A stretch of DNA of 64,000 nt from an uncultured Actinomycetota bacterium (GCA_963836085.1 CAWIHT010000012.1:77449-141448), one strand, 5' to 3'; positions 36,986 through 47,398 are shown, counted from the stretch's first letter. Program-made: numbers and translations. The notes: generated by a model not told the origin, from the letters alone.

Positions 36986-38272
36986 GTGACTCCGGTGGCG
37001 TCAACCAATCGGGCGCCGATTGAGTACGCGACGATTCGCGTGCAGTTTCAGAGTGCCCGCGCCGCCATTGCGGCGGCTTCGTGCGTCGTAGCACTCCTCG
37101 TTGTCGCGTCCGGAGCCGGAACCTTCGCCATCCCATACGCCGTTGGCGGTCTCATCATCTCCGCCGACGCCCTCTTCCGCCGCACGCACGGAGATTCCGC
37201 TGCTCCGCCGCTCCTTATCGACATCACTGCGCTTGGCGCCATGTTCGCCATTGGCGGCGCCGCTCCAGCGGTGCAGGTCGCGGCGATGGCGTACGGCCTC
37301 GTAGCAATGGCGCTCCTTCTCCCGGTTCGGCAGGCTGGACTCTTCTTCGCCTACGCCGTCGCATGGGCCGCCGTCGTCGCGGCCACGGGCGGAACGGGCG
37401 TGCTGTCGATCAACGAACACGCGGGATTCAACGCCTTTCTCACCGTCGTTCTGATGATCGCCATCGCAGCACTCATCTCCGGCGCGGCGCGCGTCCTCAT
37501 CCAAATCCAGGATCGGCAGCAGCGCCTCCTCGAGCAGGAACGGCGTACGGTCGAGGTCAAGAACGAGTTCGTCTCGATGGTCTCCCACGAGCTGAGAACG
37601 CCGATCACAGGAATCTCCGGCTTCTCCGAGACACTACGCACCCACTGGCGGGACCTTCCACCGGCCGAGGTCGACGAGTTCCTCACCATTCTTCGCGGTG
37701 AATCCGACCACCTCTCCAATCTCGTCGAAGATATCCTGGTAATCCCCCGGCTCGACTCCGGCCACCTCCGCTTCCACCTCGAGCAAGTCAGCATCGCGAC
37801 GATCGCCGAGAAGGCCGCCGAACTCGTCTTCGACGAGGAATCGTCCGTCGAGATCGACATCCCCGTCTACGTGACCGTCTGGTCCGACCCGGCGCGCCTC
37901 CGTCAGATCCTCCGCAACCTGATGGAGAACGCCAGCAAGTACGGCGGCAACGAGGTGTACATCTTCGGTGAGGAGCGCCGAGAAGGTACCTACACGGTGA
38001 TCGTCGCCGACAACGGCACCGGTGTCGCTGAAGCCGATCGAGAGCGAATCTTCGAACACTTCGAGCAACTCTCCTCCGGTGATGCACGCCTCGAACAGGG
38101 CGTCGGACTCGGCCTACCGATCGCAAAGAAGTTGGCCACGGCCATGGGCGGCGACCTCTGGTACGAAGACCGCTTCCCCGTCGGGGCACAGTTCTGTTTC
38201 GACGTGGACATGGTCAAGGAAGCCGAGCGCGACACCACCCCACTCCCAGCCGAGACGACCGGCAGCCGGTAG
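36986..38272 (+). CDS. Sensor histidine kinase (multi-TM sensor, HisKA, HATPase_c)
   Basis: H-box VSHELRTP, N/G1/G2 boxes (NLMENASKYGG, DNGTGV, GVGLGL). GTG at 36986 preceded by GAAAGGA. Confidence 0.85.
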   Translation: MTPVASTNRAPIEYATIRVQFQSARAAIAAASCVVALLVVASGAGTFAIPYAVGGLIISADALFRRTHGDSAAPPLLIDITALGAMFAIGGAAPAVQVAAMAYGLVAMALLLPVRQAGLFFAYAVAWAAVVAATGGTGVLSINEHAGFNAFLTVVLMIAIAALISGAARVLIQIQDRQQRLLEQERRTVEVKNEFVSMVSHELRTPITGISGFSETLRTHWRDLPPAEVDEFLTILRGESDHLSNLVEDILVIPRLDSGHLRFHLEQVSIATIAEKAAELVFDEESSVEIDIPVYVTVWSDPARLRQILRNLMENASKYGGNEVYIFGEERREGTYTVIVADNGTGVAEADRERIFEHFEQLSSGDARLEQGVGLGLPIAKKLATAMGGDLWYEDRFPVGAQFCFDVDMVKEAERDTTPLPAETTGSR

Positions 38273-38281
38273 TCTCGGCTC

Positions 38282-38689
38282 ATGCTCCCGTACAACATCG
38301 ATCACGTCGCAATCGCCGTGCACGACCTCGAGACGACCCTTGCGGACATGAAACGACAGTACGGAGCTGAGCCGCTCTCCCGTGAGACGGTCGAGTCACA
38401 GGGAGTCGAGGAGGCCATGGTCGCTGTCGGCGGTTCCAGCGTTCAAATCCTCCAACCCCTCTCGCCTGACACCCCTGTTGGCCGTTTCCTCGAAAAGCGG
38501 GGCGAGGGCATGCACCACATTGCTTTCGCGGTTCCCGACATCGAGGCCGCCCTCCGCCACCTCAAGGCGGCCGGGACCCGCCTCATCGACGACGAGCCGC
38601 GCGTCGGCGGCGGCGGTCATCGCATCGCGTTCGTTCACCCGTCCGCGTTCGCGGGTACCCTCATCGAACTGGTCGAGGGAGAGACGTGA
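38282..38689 (+). CDS. mce: Methylmalonyl-CoA epimerase (VOC family)
   Basis: IDHVAIAV...GEGMHHIAF...GTLIELVE. 135 aa. Confidence 0.85.
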   Translation: MLPYNIDHVAIAVHDLETTLADMKRQYGAEPLSRETVESQGVEEAMVAVGGSSVQILQPLSPDTPVGRFLEKRGEGMHHIAFAVPDIEAALRHLKAAGTRLIDDEPRVGGGGHRIAFVHPSAFAGTLIELVEGET

Positions 38690-38919
38690 CCGAATTCATT
38701 TCAATCAAGGGCGGCGCAGACCCGGCGATGGCCGCCGCCATCGCTGCGGCCGTCTCTCATTTCGAGGAATCCGAGGCCGAGACCAAAGCGACGCGTCCCC
38801 CGGTACCGAAACCGAGCCCCTGGGTCCAGTCGAGCCGCCCCCGCGAGATTCCCCCACCGCTGCTCTCCCATCTCTTCGACGCAGCGCCATGGACCGAAGA
38901 AGCCGAGAGCAACGACTGA
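38686..38919 (+). CDS. Small hypothetical protein translationally coupled to mce (GTGA overlap)
   Basis: 77-aa ORF with GC3 bias. No homology recognised. Confidence 0.35.
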   Translation: MTEFISIKGGADPAMAAAIAAAVSHFEESEAETKATRPPVPKPSPWVQSSRPREIPPPLLSHLFDAAPWTEEAESND

Positions 38920-38979
38920 CGCCTTCACCGCTCCCGATCTCACCAGTTAGCATCCATCGGACTCCACGAAAGGGTTCCG

Positions 38980-40155
38980 ATGGCCACCGTCATCTCCTCG
39001 ATCGCCAGGACACCGATCGGCCGATTCCGAGGCGGCTTCACCCCGTTCTCAGCGATGGACCTTGGCGGGTTCGCCATCGCGGCCGCCCTCGAGCGGGCGG
39101 GTCTCAAAGGAGACCAGATCGATGAGGTGTTGTTCGGGCACGTGATCCAGACCGGCCAAGGCCAGGTGACGAGTCGCCAGGCGGCGTTCAAGGGTGGCAT
39201 CCCGATGACGATCCCGTCGACGACGATCGATAAGGCCTGCCTGTCCGGAACCGCGACAATCGCGGACGCCGACATGCACATCCGTGCCGGCGAGTCCCGG
39301 ATCGTCATGACCGGCGGCATGGAGTCGATGACGAACGCTCCCCACCTCCTGGCCGGGGCACGCTTCGGTTATGGCTACGGAGGGACGGAACTCATCGACT
39401 CGCTCAACCAGGACGGTCTGATGTGCGCCTTCGACGAGGTGCTGATGGGGCAGTCGACCGATCTCAACAACGCCAAACTGGGCATCGGTCGCTCCGAGCA
39501 GGACGAGTGGGCGGCCGCAAGCCATGAGCGTGCCCTCGCGGCAACGGAGTCTGGGGCGTTCGATGCCGAGATCGTGCCGGTTGAGGTTCCCCAACGCCGC
39601 GGCGAACCGCTCTTGATCTCGCACGACGAAGGTATGCGCCCCGGCACCACCGCCGAAACGCTCGGCAATCTGCGGGCTGCGTTCCTTGCGGACGGCACAG
39701 TGACGGCGGGCAACGCGTCTCAGATTTCAGACGGAGCGGCTGCGCTGGTCGTGGCCGACCGGAGTGCCGCCGAGGAACTCAGCATGCCCGTCGTTGCCGA
39801 GATCCTGGCCTACGGACAGACCGCGGGTCCAGACACGAGCCTCCATGCCCAGCCGGCAAACGCCATCCGAATCGCCGTCGAGAAGGCGAACCTCGAAGTG
39901 TCGGACCTGGATCTCGTTGAGATCAACGAGGCGTTCGCCGCAGTCTCCCTCTACTCGGCGAAGCTGCTCGGCATCTCCCACCAACGCGTGAACGTGAACG
40001 GCGGCGCCGTCGCCCTCGGCCACCCCCTGGGTGCGTCCGGAGCCAGGATTGTCGTGACGCTCATCAGCGCACTCCAGGCACGCGGAGGCGGGATCGGAGC
40101 CGCTGCACTGTGCGGTGGTGGAGGACAAGGCGACGCACTAATCGTGAGGGTGTGA
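38980..40155 (+). CDS. Acetyl-CoA C-acetyltransferase (thiolase II)
   Basis: Active-site Cys (IDKACLSG), C-terminal CGGGGQG. 391 aa. Confidence 0.92.
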   Translation: MATVISSIARTPIGRFRGGFTPFSAMDLGGFAIAAALERAGLKGDQIDEVLFGHVIQTGQGQVTSRQAAFKGGIPMTIPSTTIDKACLSGTATIADADMHIRAGESRIVMTGGMESMTNAPHLLAGARFGYGYGGTELIDSLNQDGLMCAFDEVLMGQSTDLNNAKLGIGRSEQDEWAAASHERALAATESGAFDAEIVPVEVPQRRGEPLLISHDEGMRPGTTAETLGNLRAAFLADGTVTAGNASQISDGAAALVVADRSAAEELSMPVVAEILAYGQTAGPDTSLHAQPANAIRIAVEKANLEVSDLDLVEINEAFAAVSLYSAKLLGISHQRVNVNGGAVALGHPLGASGARIVVTLISALQARGGGIGAAALCGGGGQGDALIVRV

Positions 40156-40166
40156 ACACATTGACA

Positions 40167-41147
40167 ATGGACCAACCCGCAGACCGGAACCTCGCCCTCG
40201 AACTCGTCCGTGTCACCGAGGCAGCCGCCATAGCCGCTGCGAAGTGGCAGGGCCGCGACGACAAGATCGCCGTCGACCAGGCAGCGGTGGACGCCATGCG
40301 CCACATGCTCGCGACGATCGACATCGACGGCTTGGTCGTGATCGGTGAAGGCGAGAAGGACGAAGCACCGATGCTCTACAACGGCGAGATCGTCGGCAAC
40401 GGCAGGGCCCCCAGAATGGACGTGGCCGTCGATCCGATCGATGGGACGCGCCTTTGCGCTCTCGGCATGCCGGGAGCACTCGCGGTGATCGCCATGGCCG
40501 ACAGCGGTTCGATGTACGCACCCGGGTCCCTCGTATACATGGAGAAGATCGCCGTCGGGGAGGAAGCCGCGGGGACCGTTGACATCAACGCACCCGTCGA
40601 ACACAACCTTGCCCAGGTCGCGAAGGCAAAACGCAAGGACATCGAAGACGTGACGGCGATCATTCTCGATCGGCCGAGGAACGCGGACTACATCCGTCGC
40701 GTCCGGGCGGCCGGTGCCCGCATCGCTCTGATCGACGACGGCGACATCTCCGGTGCCATCTCCACGGCCAAACTCGACAGCGGCATCGATATCCTGCTCG
40801 GTATCGGCGGGTCACCGGAAGCCGTCACCGCCGCGTGTGCGATGGCTGCCCTCCGAGGTGAGATCCAGTGCAAGCTGTGGCCACGCGACGAATCCGAGCG
40901 GCAGTACGCCGTTGATCACGGACACGACCTGGATCAGGTGCTGACGACCCGGGACCTCGTCAACTCCGACAGCACGTTCTTCGCCGCGACCGGCGTCACG
41001 TCTGGCCCACTCCTCGGCGGGATTGGGTTCTTCGGTCGGAGCGTCGAGACACACTCGGTCGTGATGCGCTCGAAGTCGGGGACAATCCGGTTCATCGAGA
41101 GCACGCATCGTCTCGACTGGTTGGAAGACGTCCACGCCGGCGACTGA
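40167..41147 (+). CDS. glpX: Fructose-1,6-bisphosphatase class II (GlpX)
   Basis: DVAVDPIDGT motif, 326 aa. Start at MDQPADRNLALELV. Confidence 0.9.
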   Translation: MDQPADRNLALELVRVTEAAAIAAAKWQGRDDKIAVDQAAVDAMRHMLATIDIDGLVVIGEGEKDEAPMLYNGEIVGNGRAPRMDVAVDPIDGTRLCALGMPGALAVIAMADSGSMYAPGSLVYMEKIAVGEEAAGTVDINAPVEHNLAQVAKAKRKDIEDVTAIILDRPRNADYIRRVRAAGARIALIDDGDISGAISTAKLDSGIDILLGIGGSPEAVTAACAMAALRGEIQCKLWPRDESERQYAVDHGHDLDQVLTTRDLVNSDSTFFAATGVTSGPLLGGIGFFGRSVETHSVVMRSKSGTIRFIESTHRLDWLEDVHAGD

Positions 41148-41158
41148 CGCCCACGGCT

Positions 41159-41689
41159 CTAGGGGACGTCCTTTCGAGGCAGGTTGTTCTCGGTCACGAT
41201 CTCTGCCGCCCATCGGGCCGCCTGGCCGACCACCTCAGGGCAGTGAACCGAGTGGGCGCCGGCGTCTTTGAAGCACACCACATCGTCCGCATCGTTCAGG
41301 TCGAACGACCGGCCGATCACGCTGGCCTGGATATCACCGCACACAATCGAGCCGTAGCGCTCGACGAACCGAGCGCGCAGGTCCCCGACCATGCGAGATG
41401 TCTCGTACCGCACGCCGGCCGCATCGGAGAAGTCATCGCGGTCGCGGCCCTGAAGCTGTCCCAGGAACATCGTGGCGCCGGTGTATGCCCCGCAACTGCC
41501 GTCACCCGAGAGACCACCGCCACCGGAGAGCCCGGTAGCAGCACGGAAGATCGCGTCGTCGCGTTCGTCGAACGTGTCCTGGAGCGCGGCGAGCACACAC
41601 TGGGCGCAGCCGTGGTACTCCGCCTCGTTCTGCTTGCCGGCCTCGTAGGCGCGATCGGCTGCGTCGTTGGTCATCGGTTTGTGCTCCAT
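41159..41689 (-). CDS. C_GCAxxG_C_C family putative redox-active protein
   Basis: YHGCAQCVLAAL signature plus downstream Cys pairs. Confidence 0.75.
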   Translation of the reverse strand: MEHKPMTNDAADRAYEAGKQNEAEYHGCAQCVLAALQDTFDERDDAIFRAATGLSGGGGLSGDGSCGAYTGATMFLGQLQGRDRDDFSDAAGVRYETSRMVGDLRARFVERYGSIVCGDIQASVIGRSFDLNDADDVVCFKDAGAHSVHCPEVVGQAARWAAEIVTENNLPRKDVP

Positions 41690-41772
41690 GTGGTCAGCCT
41701 GGTTCCGCTCTGGCAGACCGCAGTGTCCGTGCGATCGCAGCCACCGTCCAGAGGCGAAGGCCCTGGGGCCAG

Positions 41773-42933
41773 CTACGAGCTACGAGTTGCGAGGGAATGG
41801 AGCGCCGCGTCGTATTCGGGTGCAACCACCGACCAATCGAAGTGTTGGACGCTCTCCGCAAGTTGATCGGCAATCGCCGATGCTTCGACGCGGTTCTGGA
41901 GCGCCCATCGCACGCGAGTGGTGAGTCCATCTGCACTGTCGTAGAGGCATCGGTCGTGGAACGGTTCAGGGATGCGTTCGGGATAGACCAGGCGGTTGGG
42001 GAGTACCGGAAAGGCGCCTGCGGCCATCGCCTCGACGATCGCGATGCCGAAGAACTCATGCTCGGCGGTCGAGACCACAATGTCGGAGTGCCTCAGGAGA
42101 TCGACGTACTCGTCATCCGGGAGGAACCCGAAGGCCACCAGGTGGTCCCCGAGGAGGCCGGGGAGGCGGTCGAAGGATTCCGGACTCGAGACGAATCGTT
42201 CCCCGGCCACGGCTACCTCGAAGTCGAGGCCCTCGGCAGCAAGCACTTCAACCATCTCGACGAACTCGTCGGGCCCCTTGTCATGTTCCCAGCGCTGATT
42301 CCAGACGATCAGCGGTGGACCGTCCTGGGTGCCCACCGAAGGCGGGTCGATGCGCCGAAGATCGACACCGACCGGAAGCACGATCGACCGCTCCTCAACC
42401 CCCTCGATGAGACGGGCGTGGCGACGGTCGGGGAACTGGCGGAGGAACCGCTCGACCTCCTTGAAGAAGTGCGCTCGGTGGAATTCGGAATTGAAGATTG
42501 CGAGGTCTGCGACCGCCGCGCTCGACCAGTTGACCATCGGATACGTGAGGTCCGGCCGATCGAGCGGCGAGAGCGGATAGGCGAACTGGCTCTCGTGGAA
42601 GTAGACGGCGATCGGCGCATCTCCGATCGTCTGCCGTGCGGCTCCGGCGAATGCGCCCACGCTCATCATCGAGGAGGCGAGCACCACGTCCGGCGGTTCC
42701 TCGATGGTCGCGGCGAGGTCAGCGGCCAGCGTCAGATGGGCGCCATGCATGCGCCACTTCCAGAACCGGGCCTCATGCGTGACCAGCGTCACATCGTTGG
42801 CGCTGTTGGCTACGTAGCCGTCGGCCCATGCCTGGTGGGAGCCCCCGTAGTAGGGCTCGATCAATGCAACTCTCACCGGCAAACCATAGGAGGAACTCGC
42901 CTCCGGTAGTCGTAGCGGCAACGCTCCCGCCAA
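41773..42933 (-). CDS. Glycosyltransferase family 4 protein (with DUF3524-like N-terminal domain)
   Basis: EHEFFGIAIVEAMAAGAFPVLPNR GT4 motif. PYYGGSHQAWADG N-terminal domain. Confidence 0.8.
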   Translation of the reverse strand: MAGALPLRLPEASSSYGLPVRVALIEPYYGGSHQAWADGYVANSANDVTLVTHEARFWKWRMHGAHLTLAADLAATIEEPPDVVLASSMMSVGAFAGAARQTIGDAPIAVYFHESQFAYPLSPLDRPDLTYPMVNWSSAAVADLAIFNSEFHRAHFFKEVERFLRQFPDRRHARLIEGVEERSIVLPVGVDLRRIDPPSVGTQDGPPLIVWNQRWEHDKGPDEFVEMVEVLAAEGLDFEVAVAGERFVSSPESFDRLPGLLGDHLVAFGFLPDDEYVDLLRHSDIVVSTAEHEFFGIAIVEAMAAGAFPVLPNRLVYPERIPEPFHDRCLYDSADGLTTRVRWALQNRVEASAIADQLAESVQHFDWSVVAPEYDAALHSLATRSS

Positions 42934-42953
42934 CGAATCGTTCGACGGTCCGG

Positions 42954-43547
42954 CTAGAGCTCTTTGCGCCCTGACAGAGCACGCCCGAGGGTGATCTCGT
43001 CGGCGTAGTCGAGGTCCCCGCCGACAGGCAGGCCGGACGCCAGCCGCGACACCGTCACGCCAAGGGGCTTCAGCATCCGGGCAAGGAACATGGCGGTCGC
43101 ATCCCCCTCGAGTGTGGGATTGGCAGCAACAATGACCTCGGTCACGTTCTCGGCATCCACCCGGGCGAGGAGCTCGCGTGTTCGCAACTGATCCGGACCG
43201 ATCCCCTCGATCGGAGAGATCGCACCGCCGAGCACGTGATATCGGCCGAAGAATTCGCCGGTCTTCTCGATCACCGGGATGTCCTGCGCCCGTTCAACAA
43301 CGCACAGAACGGTCGGATCGCGGCGAAGGTCCCGGCAGATCGAGCACTCCTCTTCCGCGGTGACGTTGAAGCATCGGTTGCAGAGGCGGACTTCCCGCCT
43401 CATCGACGTGATCGCATCCGCAAGGCGGACCGCGTCTGCCTCCTCGGCGTTGAGGAGGTAGAACGCCAATCGCTGCGCGCTCTTCTGGCCGACTCCGGGA
43501 AGCCGGGCCAGTTCGTCCACAAGCCGCTGCACGGGCGGTTCGAACAT
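42954..43547 (-). CDS. recR: Recombination protein RecR
   Basis: HhH, C4 zinc finger (CNRCFNV...CSICRD), Toprim. Confidence 0.95.
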   Translation of the reverse strand: MFEPPVQRLVDELARLPGVGQKSAQRLAFYLLNAEEADAVRLADAITSMRREVRLCNRCFNVTAEEECSICRDLRRDPTVLCVVERAQDIPVIEKTGEFFGRYHVLGGAISPIEGIGPDQLRTRELLARVDAENVTEVIVAANPTLEGDATAMFLARMLKPLGVTVSRLASGLPVGGDLDYADEITLGRALSGRKEL

Positions 43548-43912
43548 CAGCCGAGGATGCCGCCGAGATCCATTCCGCCGGCAACGCCACCCATGGAATC
43601 GGCGGCATCTTCCGCAGCCGATGCGAGTGCCAGGTTGACGGCCGCGACCACGAGGTCGCCCGCCATCTCCGGATCGTCGGGATCGAGAACGCCCGGGTCG
43701 AATTCGACCGAGACAAGCTCTCCGGATCCGCGAACGACGGCCTTGACGACGCCGCCGCCGGCCGTTCCCTCATAGGTCTTCGCTGCCAACTCGGTCTGAG
43801 CGGCCTCGATCTGCGCTTGCATCTGCTGCGCCTGCTGCATCAGCTGGCGCATGTCCTTTGGCATTTGTGGTGACATGCTGCCAAGGCTACCCGCTCCCTG
43901 CACCTGTCTCAT
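43547..43912 (-). CDS. ybaB: YbaB/EbfC nucleoid-associated protein
   Basis: [49 protein letters not shown]. Overlaps the recR start. Confidence 0.85.
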   Translation of the reverse strand: MRQVQGAGSLGSMSPQMPKDMRQLMQQAQQMQAQIEAAQTELAAKTYEGTAGGGVVKAVVRGSGELVSVEFDPGVLDPDDPEMAGDLVVAAVNLALASAAEDAADSMGGVAGGMDLGGILG

Positions 43913-43979
43913 GACACCCGGCGACCAATCCGAGGCTGCGCACTAGCGTTTGCGGTACACCGATTGATCGGAGTGACCC

Positions 43980-45464
43980 ATGCGCACGACCTCCAGGAAT
44001 TCCCTTCTCCTCGCCTTCGCCCTCGCACTGCTGACCGCTTCCTGTTCGAGCGGTGGAGAGACTTCGACAACGACAACCTCGCAACCGCCAGAGGAGGCCA
44101 CCGTGATCTCGACCGAACCGCCCGCGGACACGACGACCTCCACGACCTCTCCGACGACCCCGGCCGAACCCGAGGCCCAGATTTGGTCGGGCGACCTCGC
44201 AGGACAAGTCGTTGAGTTCCAGTTCATCGTCGATGATGCCGGAACCGTCAGCGGCCTTGCCGGCAGCCCGACTGAGGAAACCCCCGACGTGCCGATCACT
44301 GGAGCGGTCATCGATGGTGCTGTGACCATCAACATCGCGGCCGCTGCTGCTCGGTTCGAGGGCGAGGTAGACGGAGACACGATGACCGGCACGTGGTACC
44401 AGTCGGGAGCCGAACTACCCGCCGTCTTCGAACGCCAGACCGAACCGACCGTGCTCGCACGGCCCCAGGAACCCACGCCGCCATTCCCTTACGACGCCAC
44501 CGACGTCCGGTTCGAGAACGGCGACATCTCCCTTGCGGGGACGCTCGTTGTACCAGAGGGAGACGGACCGTTCACCGCGGTCGTCCTGACCTCCGGATCC
44601 GGCTCGCAGGATCGCGACGAGACCATTGTCGGCCACAAGCCGTTCCTGGTTCTGTCCAACGCATTGGCGCTCGCCGGAATCGCCTCACTTCGGTTCGACG
44701 ACCGTGGCGTCGGGGGGTCGACCGGTGACCCAACCGGAGCGACGACGGCAGACCTCGCAACCGATTCGGCAGCCGCTATCACGTACCTGGCCAAAGACGG
44801 TCGATTCGACAGCATCGGCATCGTCGGGCACAGCGAGGGCGGAATCATCGGACCGATGGTGGCGAACGACACGGATCTCATCAACTACGCCGTGCTCCTC
44901 GCCGGCCCGGGACTTCCGGGACTCGAGGTCCTCCTACGCCAAACCGAGGACCTGATGCGGGTAGAGGGATCGCCCGAGGCGGACATCACCTGGCAGTTGG
45001 AGTGGCGACGTGCGGTCATGGAGGTCTCGGCCTCCGATCTGTCGAACGATGACGCTGCAGCGGAGATCGAAACCATCGTGTCGACGGCCCTCAACGACCC
45101 CCCGACCGACGTCTCCGAACCGCTCGACCCGTCCCTGACCGAGCAGTTCGTGGCGGCGTTCACCGACCCATGGATGCGGTTCTTCCTCGCCTACGACCCG
45201 GCCCCGGCTCTCAACGATCTCGACGTGCCGGCGCTCGCCCTCATCGGCAGCCTCGACCTTCAGGTTTCGGCGGAGGAGAACATCCCGGCACTCGAGACCG
45301 CGCTCTCCGCGAACAGCGAAGCCACCGTGTCCGAACTCGAGGGCCTCAACCACCTCTTCCAGACCGCTGAGACCGGAGCGGTGTCCGAGTACGGACGGAT
45401 CGAGGAGACGTTCTCTCCGGCTGCACTCGACCTGATCACGAACTGGATCCTCGAGCACAGCTGA
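43980..45464 (+). CDS. Secreted alpha/beta hydrolase, lipoprotein
   Basis: Lipobox LLTASC, Thr-rich linker, GHSEGG nucleophile elbow. Confidence 0.75.
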   Translation: MRTTSRNSLLLAFALALLTASCSSGGETSTTTTSQPPEEATVISTEPPADTTTSTTSPTTPAEPEAQIWSGDLAGQVVEFQFIVDDAGTVSGLAGSPTEETPDVPITGAVIDGAVTINIAAAAARFEGEVDGDTMTGTWYQSGAELPAVFERQTEPTVLARPQEPTPPFPYDATDVRFENGDISLAGTLVVPEGDGPFTAVVLTSGSGSQDRDETIVGHKPFLVLSNALALAGIASLRFDDRGVGGSTGDPTGATTADLATDSAAAITYLAKDGRFDSIGIVGHSEGGIIGPMVANDTDLINYAVLLAGPGLPGLEVLLRQTEDLMRVEGSPEADITWQLEWRRAVMEVSASDLSNDDAAAEIETIVSTALNDPPTDVSEPLDPSLTEQFVAAFTDPWMRFFLAYDPAPALNDLDVPALALIGSLDLQVSAEENIPALETALSANSEATVSELEGLNHLFQTAETGAVSEYGRIEETFSPAALDLITNWILEHS

Positions 45465-45530
45465 GATTCGTCGCGCCATGGGCTTGATCGCCCGAACCTG
45501 GGCGGTCGAGCATCGCTACCCTCCACACCG

Positions 45531-47396
45531 ATGCGTTATCAGGCCCTCTACCGGAAATACCGACCGCAGCGTTTCGATGAGGTCGTTGGGCAAGACCACG
45601 TCGTCGGCACCCTGACACGAGAGGTCACCGACGAGAAGGTCGCCCACGCCTATCTCTTCGCTGGACCGCGCGGCACGGGGAAAACCACCAGCGCCCGTCT
45701 CCTCGCGAAGGCGCTCAACTGCACCAACCGAGGCGACGACGGCGAACCGTGCAACGATTGCCCCTCATGCCTCGGGATCACCGAAGGTACCTCGCTCGAC
45801 GTCATCGAACTCGACGCCGCCTCGCACAACAAGGTCGAGGATGTCCGCGAGATCAGGGTCAATGTCGGCACCGTCGCCGCCGCCGAGGGCGCGCACCGGG
45901 TCTACATCCTCGACGAAGCACACATGCTGTCCCGCGCAGCCGGAAACGCGCTCCTCAAGACACTCGAGGAACCGCCGGAGCATGTGGTCTTCGTGCTCGC
46001 CACCACCGAGCCATACAAGCTGCTCGACACCATTCGGAGTCGGTCTCAGCGGTTCGACTTCCACCCGGTGTCTTCAGAGACGCTCGTCGAACACCTCAAC
46101 GACATCTCGACGCGTGAAGGATTCACCAGCGATCACGCCGGCCTCTCGATGATCGCTACCCATGCCCGTGGATCAGTACGCGATTCGATGAGCCTCCTCG
46201 AACAGGTAGCGGCACTCGGAGATGGCGTCGTGTCCACCGAAGGAGTCACGCGTGCACTTGGCCTCGCCGACGGCGACGCCTTCATCGGCCTTGTCGCCTC
46301 CATCTCGGACCAGGACGCCCCGGCAGCGCTCGGCCTCGTCGCTCAACTCGCCTCCCGTGGAGCCGACCTGCGCCGTTTCGTCGCCGACTCGCTCGGGTTC
46401 TTCCGCGGCATATTCCTCGCCCAATACGCTCCGAACCTCGAAGAGATCACCGACGAACCCCCCGAGGTCCTCGACGAGTGGCGTCGTCAGGCCCGCATCC
46501 TCTCGTCGGCAGACGTGCTGCGAGCCATCGACCGATTCTCCGATGCCCTCCTTCAACTGCGCCAAGGGCGAGAAGAGCGCCTCGTCCTGGAGTTGGCGCT
46601 GATCCGCCTCACCCGCCCAGAGACAACAATGGATGGAGAGTCGCTGTCGGCTCGCATCGACCGGTTGGAGCGAGATGTGAGGACCGGGTCGCCGGTCGAA
46701 GACTCCTCCCCCTCAGGGGGAGGTGGCCCGAGCGCAGCGAGGGACGGAGGGGGTCTCTCGCGGGACGAGTCGCCGGTCGCCAGTCACCAGTCACCAGTCG
46801 ACGCCGATTCCTCCCCCTCAGGGGGAGGTGGCCCGAGCGCAGCGAGGGACGGAGGGGGTCTCTCGCCATCGGATGAGGACCCTGTAGCGTCAGCGCCTCC
46901 GACTGGGGACACCCCACCGGAGCCTGAACCTCCCGCACCACCCGAGCCGGTATCTGCCTCCCCGACCGCCCCCTCCGGTGAAGTCACGCTCTCGGAGTTC
47001 TCGGCGGCGTGGCCGGTTGTCGTCGCACGGATCCGGTCGGACTTCGGCGCCAGGCGGCATGCCTTTGTCCGCGTCGCCGAACCCCTCTCTGTATCAGGAG
47101 GCGTGGCAATTCTCACCCTGCCGACCCATCAGCACTTCCACCTCGAGCAACTCAACGCCGACGACCAACTCCTCCAGGCACTCGAGGCGATCACCGCCGA
47201 GGTTCTCGGCTGCACGGTCAACCTCCAGTTCCGCTCCGACGACGACACGGCGCCCGTGGCGGCCGACGAAGGCGAAGCGGACGAGAGAGAGCCGACCCGG
47301 GCGCCCGAACCGGAGCAACTCGACGAGGGCATCGAGCGCGAGAAACCCGAAGACCTCATCGTCGACATGCTCGGCGGCACCGTCGTCGAGGAGTAG
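45531..47396 (+). CDS. dnaX: DNA polymerase III subunits gamma/tau (DnaX)
   Basis: Walker A GPRGTGKTT, zinc module CxxC...CxxC, sensor motifs, Pro/Gly-rich tau linker. Confidence 0.93.
   Translation: MRYQALYRKYRPQRFDEVVGQDHVVGTLTREVTDEKVAHAYLFAGPRGTGKTTSARLLAKALNCTNRGDDGEPCNDCPSCLGITEGTSLDVIELDAASHNKVEDVREIRVNVGTVAAAEGAHRVYILDEAHMLSRAAGNALLKTLEEPPEHVVFVLATTEPYKLLDTIRSRSQRFDFHPVSSETLVEHLNDISTREGFTSDHAGLSMIATHARGSVRDSMSLLEQVAALGDGVVSTEGVTRALGLADGDAFIGLVASISDQDAPAALGLVAQLASRGADLRRFVADSLGFFRGIFLAQYAPNLEEITDEPPEVLDEWRRQARILSSADVLRAIDRFSDALLQLRQGREERLVLELALIRLTRPETTMDGESLSARIDRLERDVRTGSPVEDSSPSGGGGPSAARDGGGLSRDESPVASHQSPVDADSSPSGGGGPSAARDGGGLSPSDEDPVASAPPTGDTPPEPEPPAPPEPVSASPTAPSGEVTLSEFSAAWPVVVARIRSDFGARRHAFVRVAEPLSVSGGVAILTLPTHQHFHLEQLNADDQLLQALEAITAEVLGCTVNLQFRSDDDTAPVAADEGEADEREPTRAPEPEQLDEGIEREKPEDLIVDMLGGTVVEE
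46704..46866 (+). repeat. Exact 58-nt direct repeat (two copies, 105-nt period) inside the dnaX linker, each copy containing the palindrome CCTCCCCC-TCA-GGGGGAGG
   Basis: Copies at 46704..46761 and 46809..46866 are identical and encode SSPSGGGGPSAARDGGGLS twice. In-frame 35-codon duplication. Confidence 0.85.
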
Positions 47397-47398
47397 CG

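Noticed and set aside
45465-45530. Looked for the SRP RNA gene (ffs), which commonly precedes dnaX
   Set aside because: The gap is only 66 nt and lacks the conserved domain-IV motifs, so ffs is not here.
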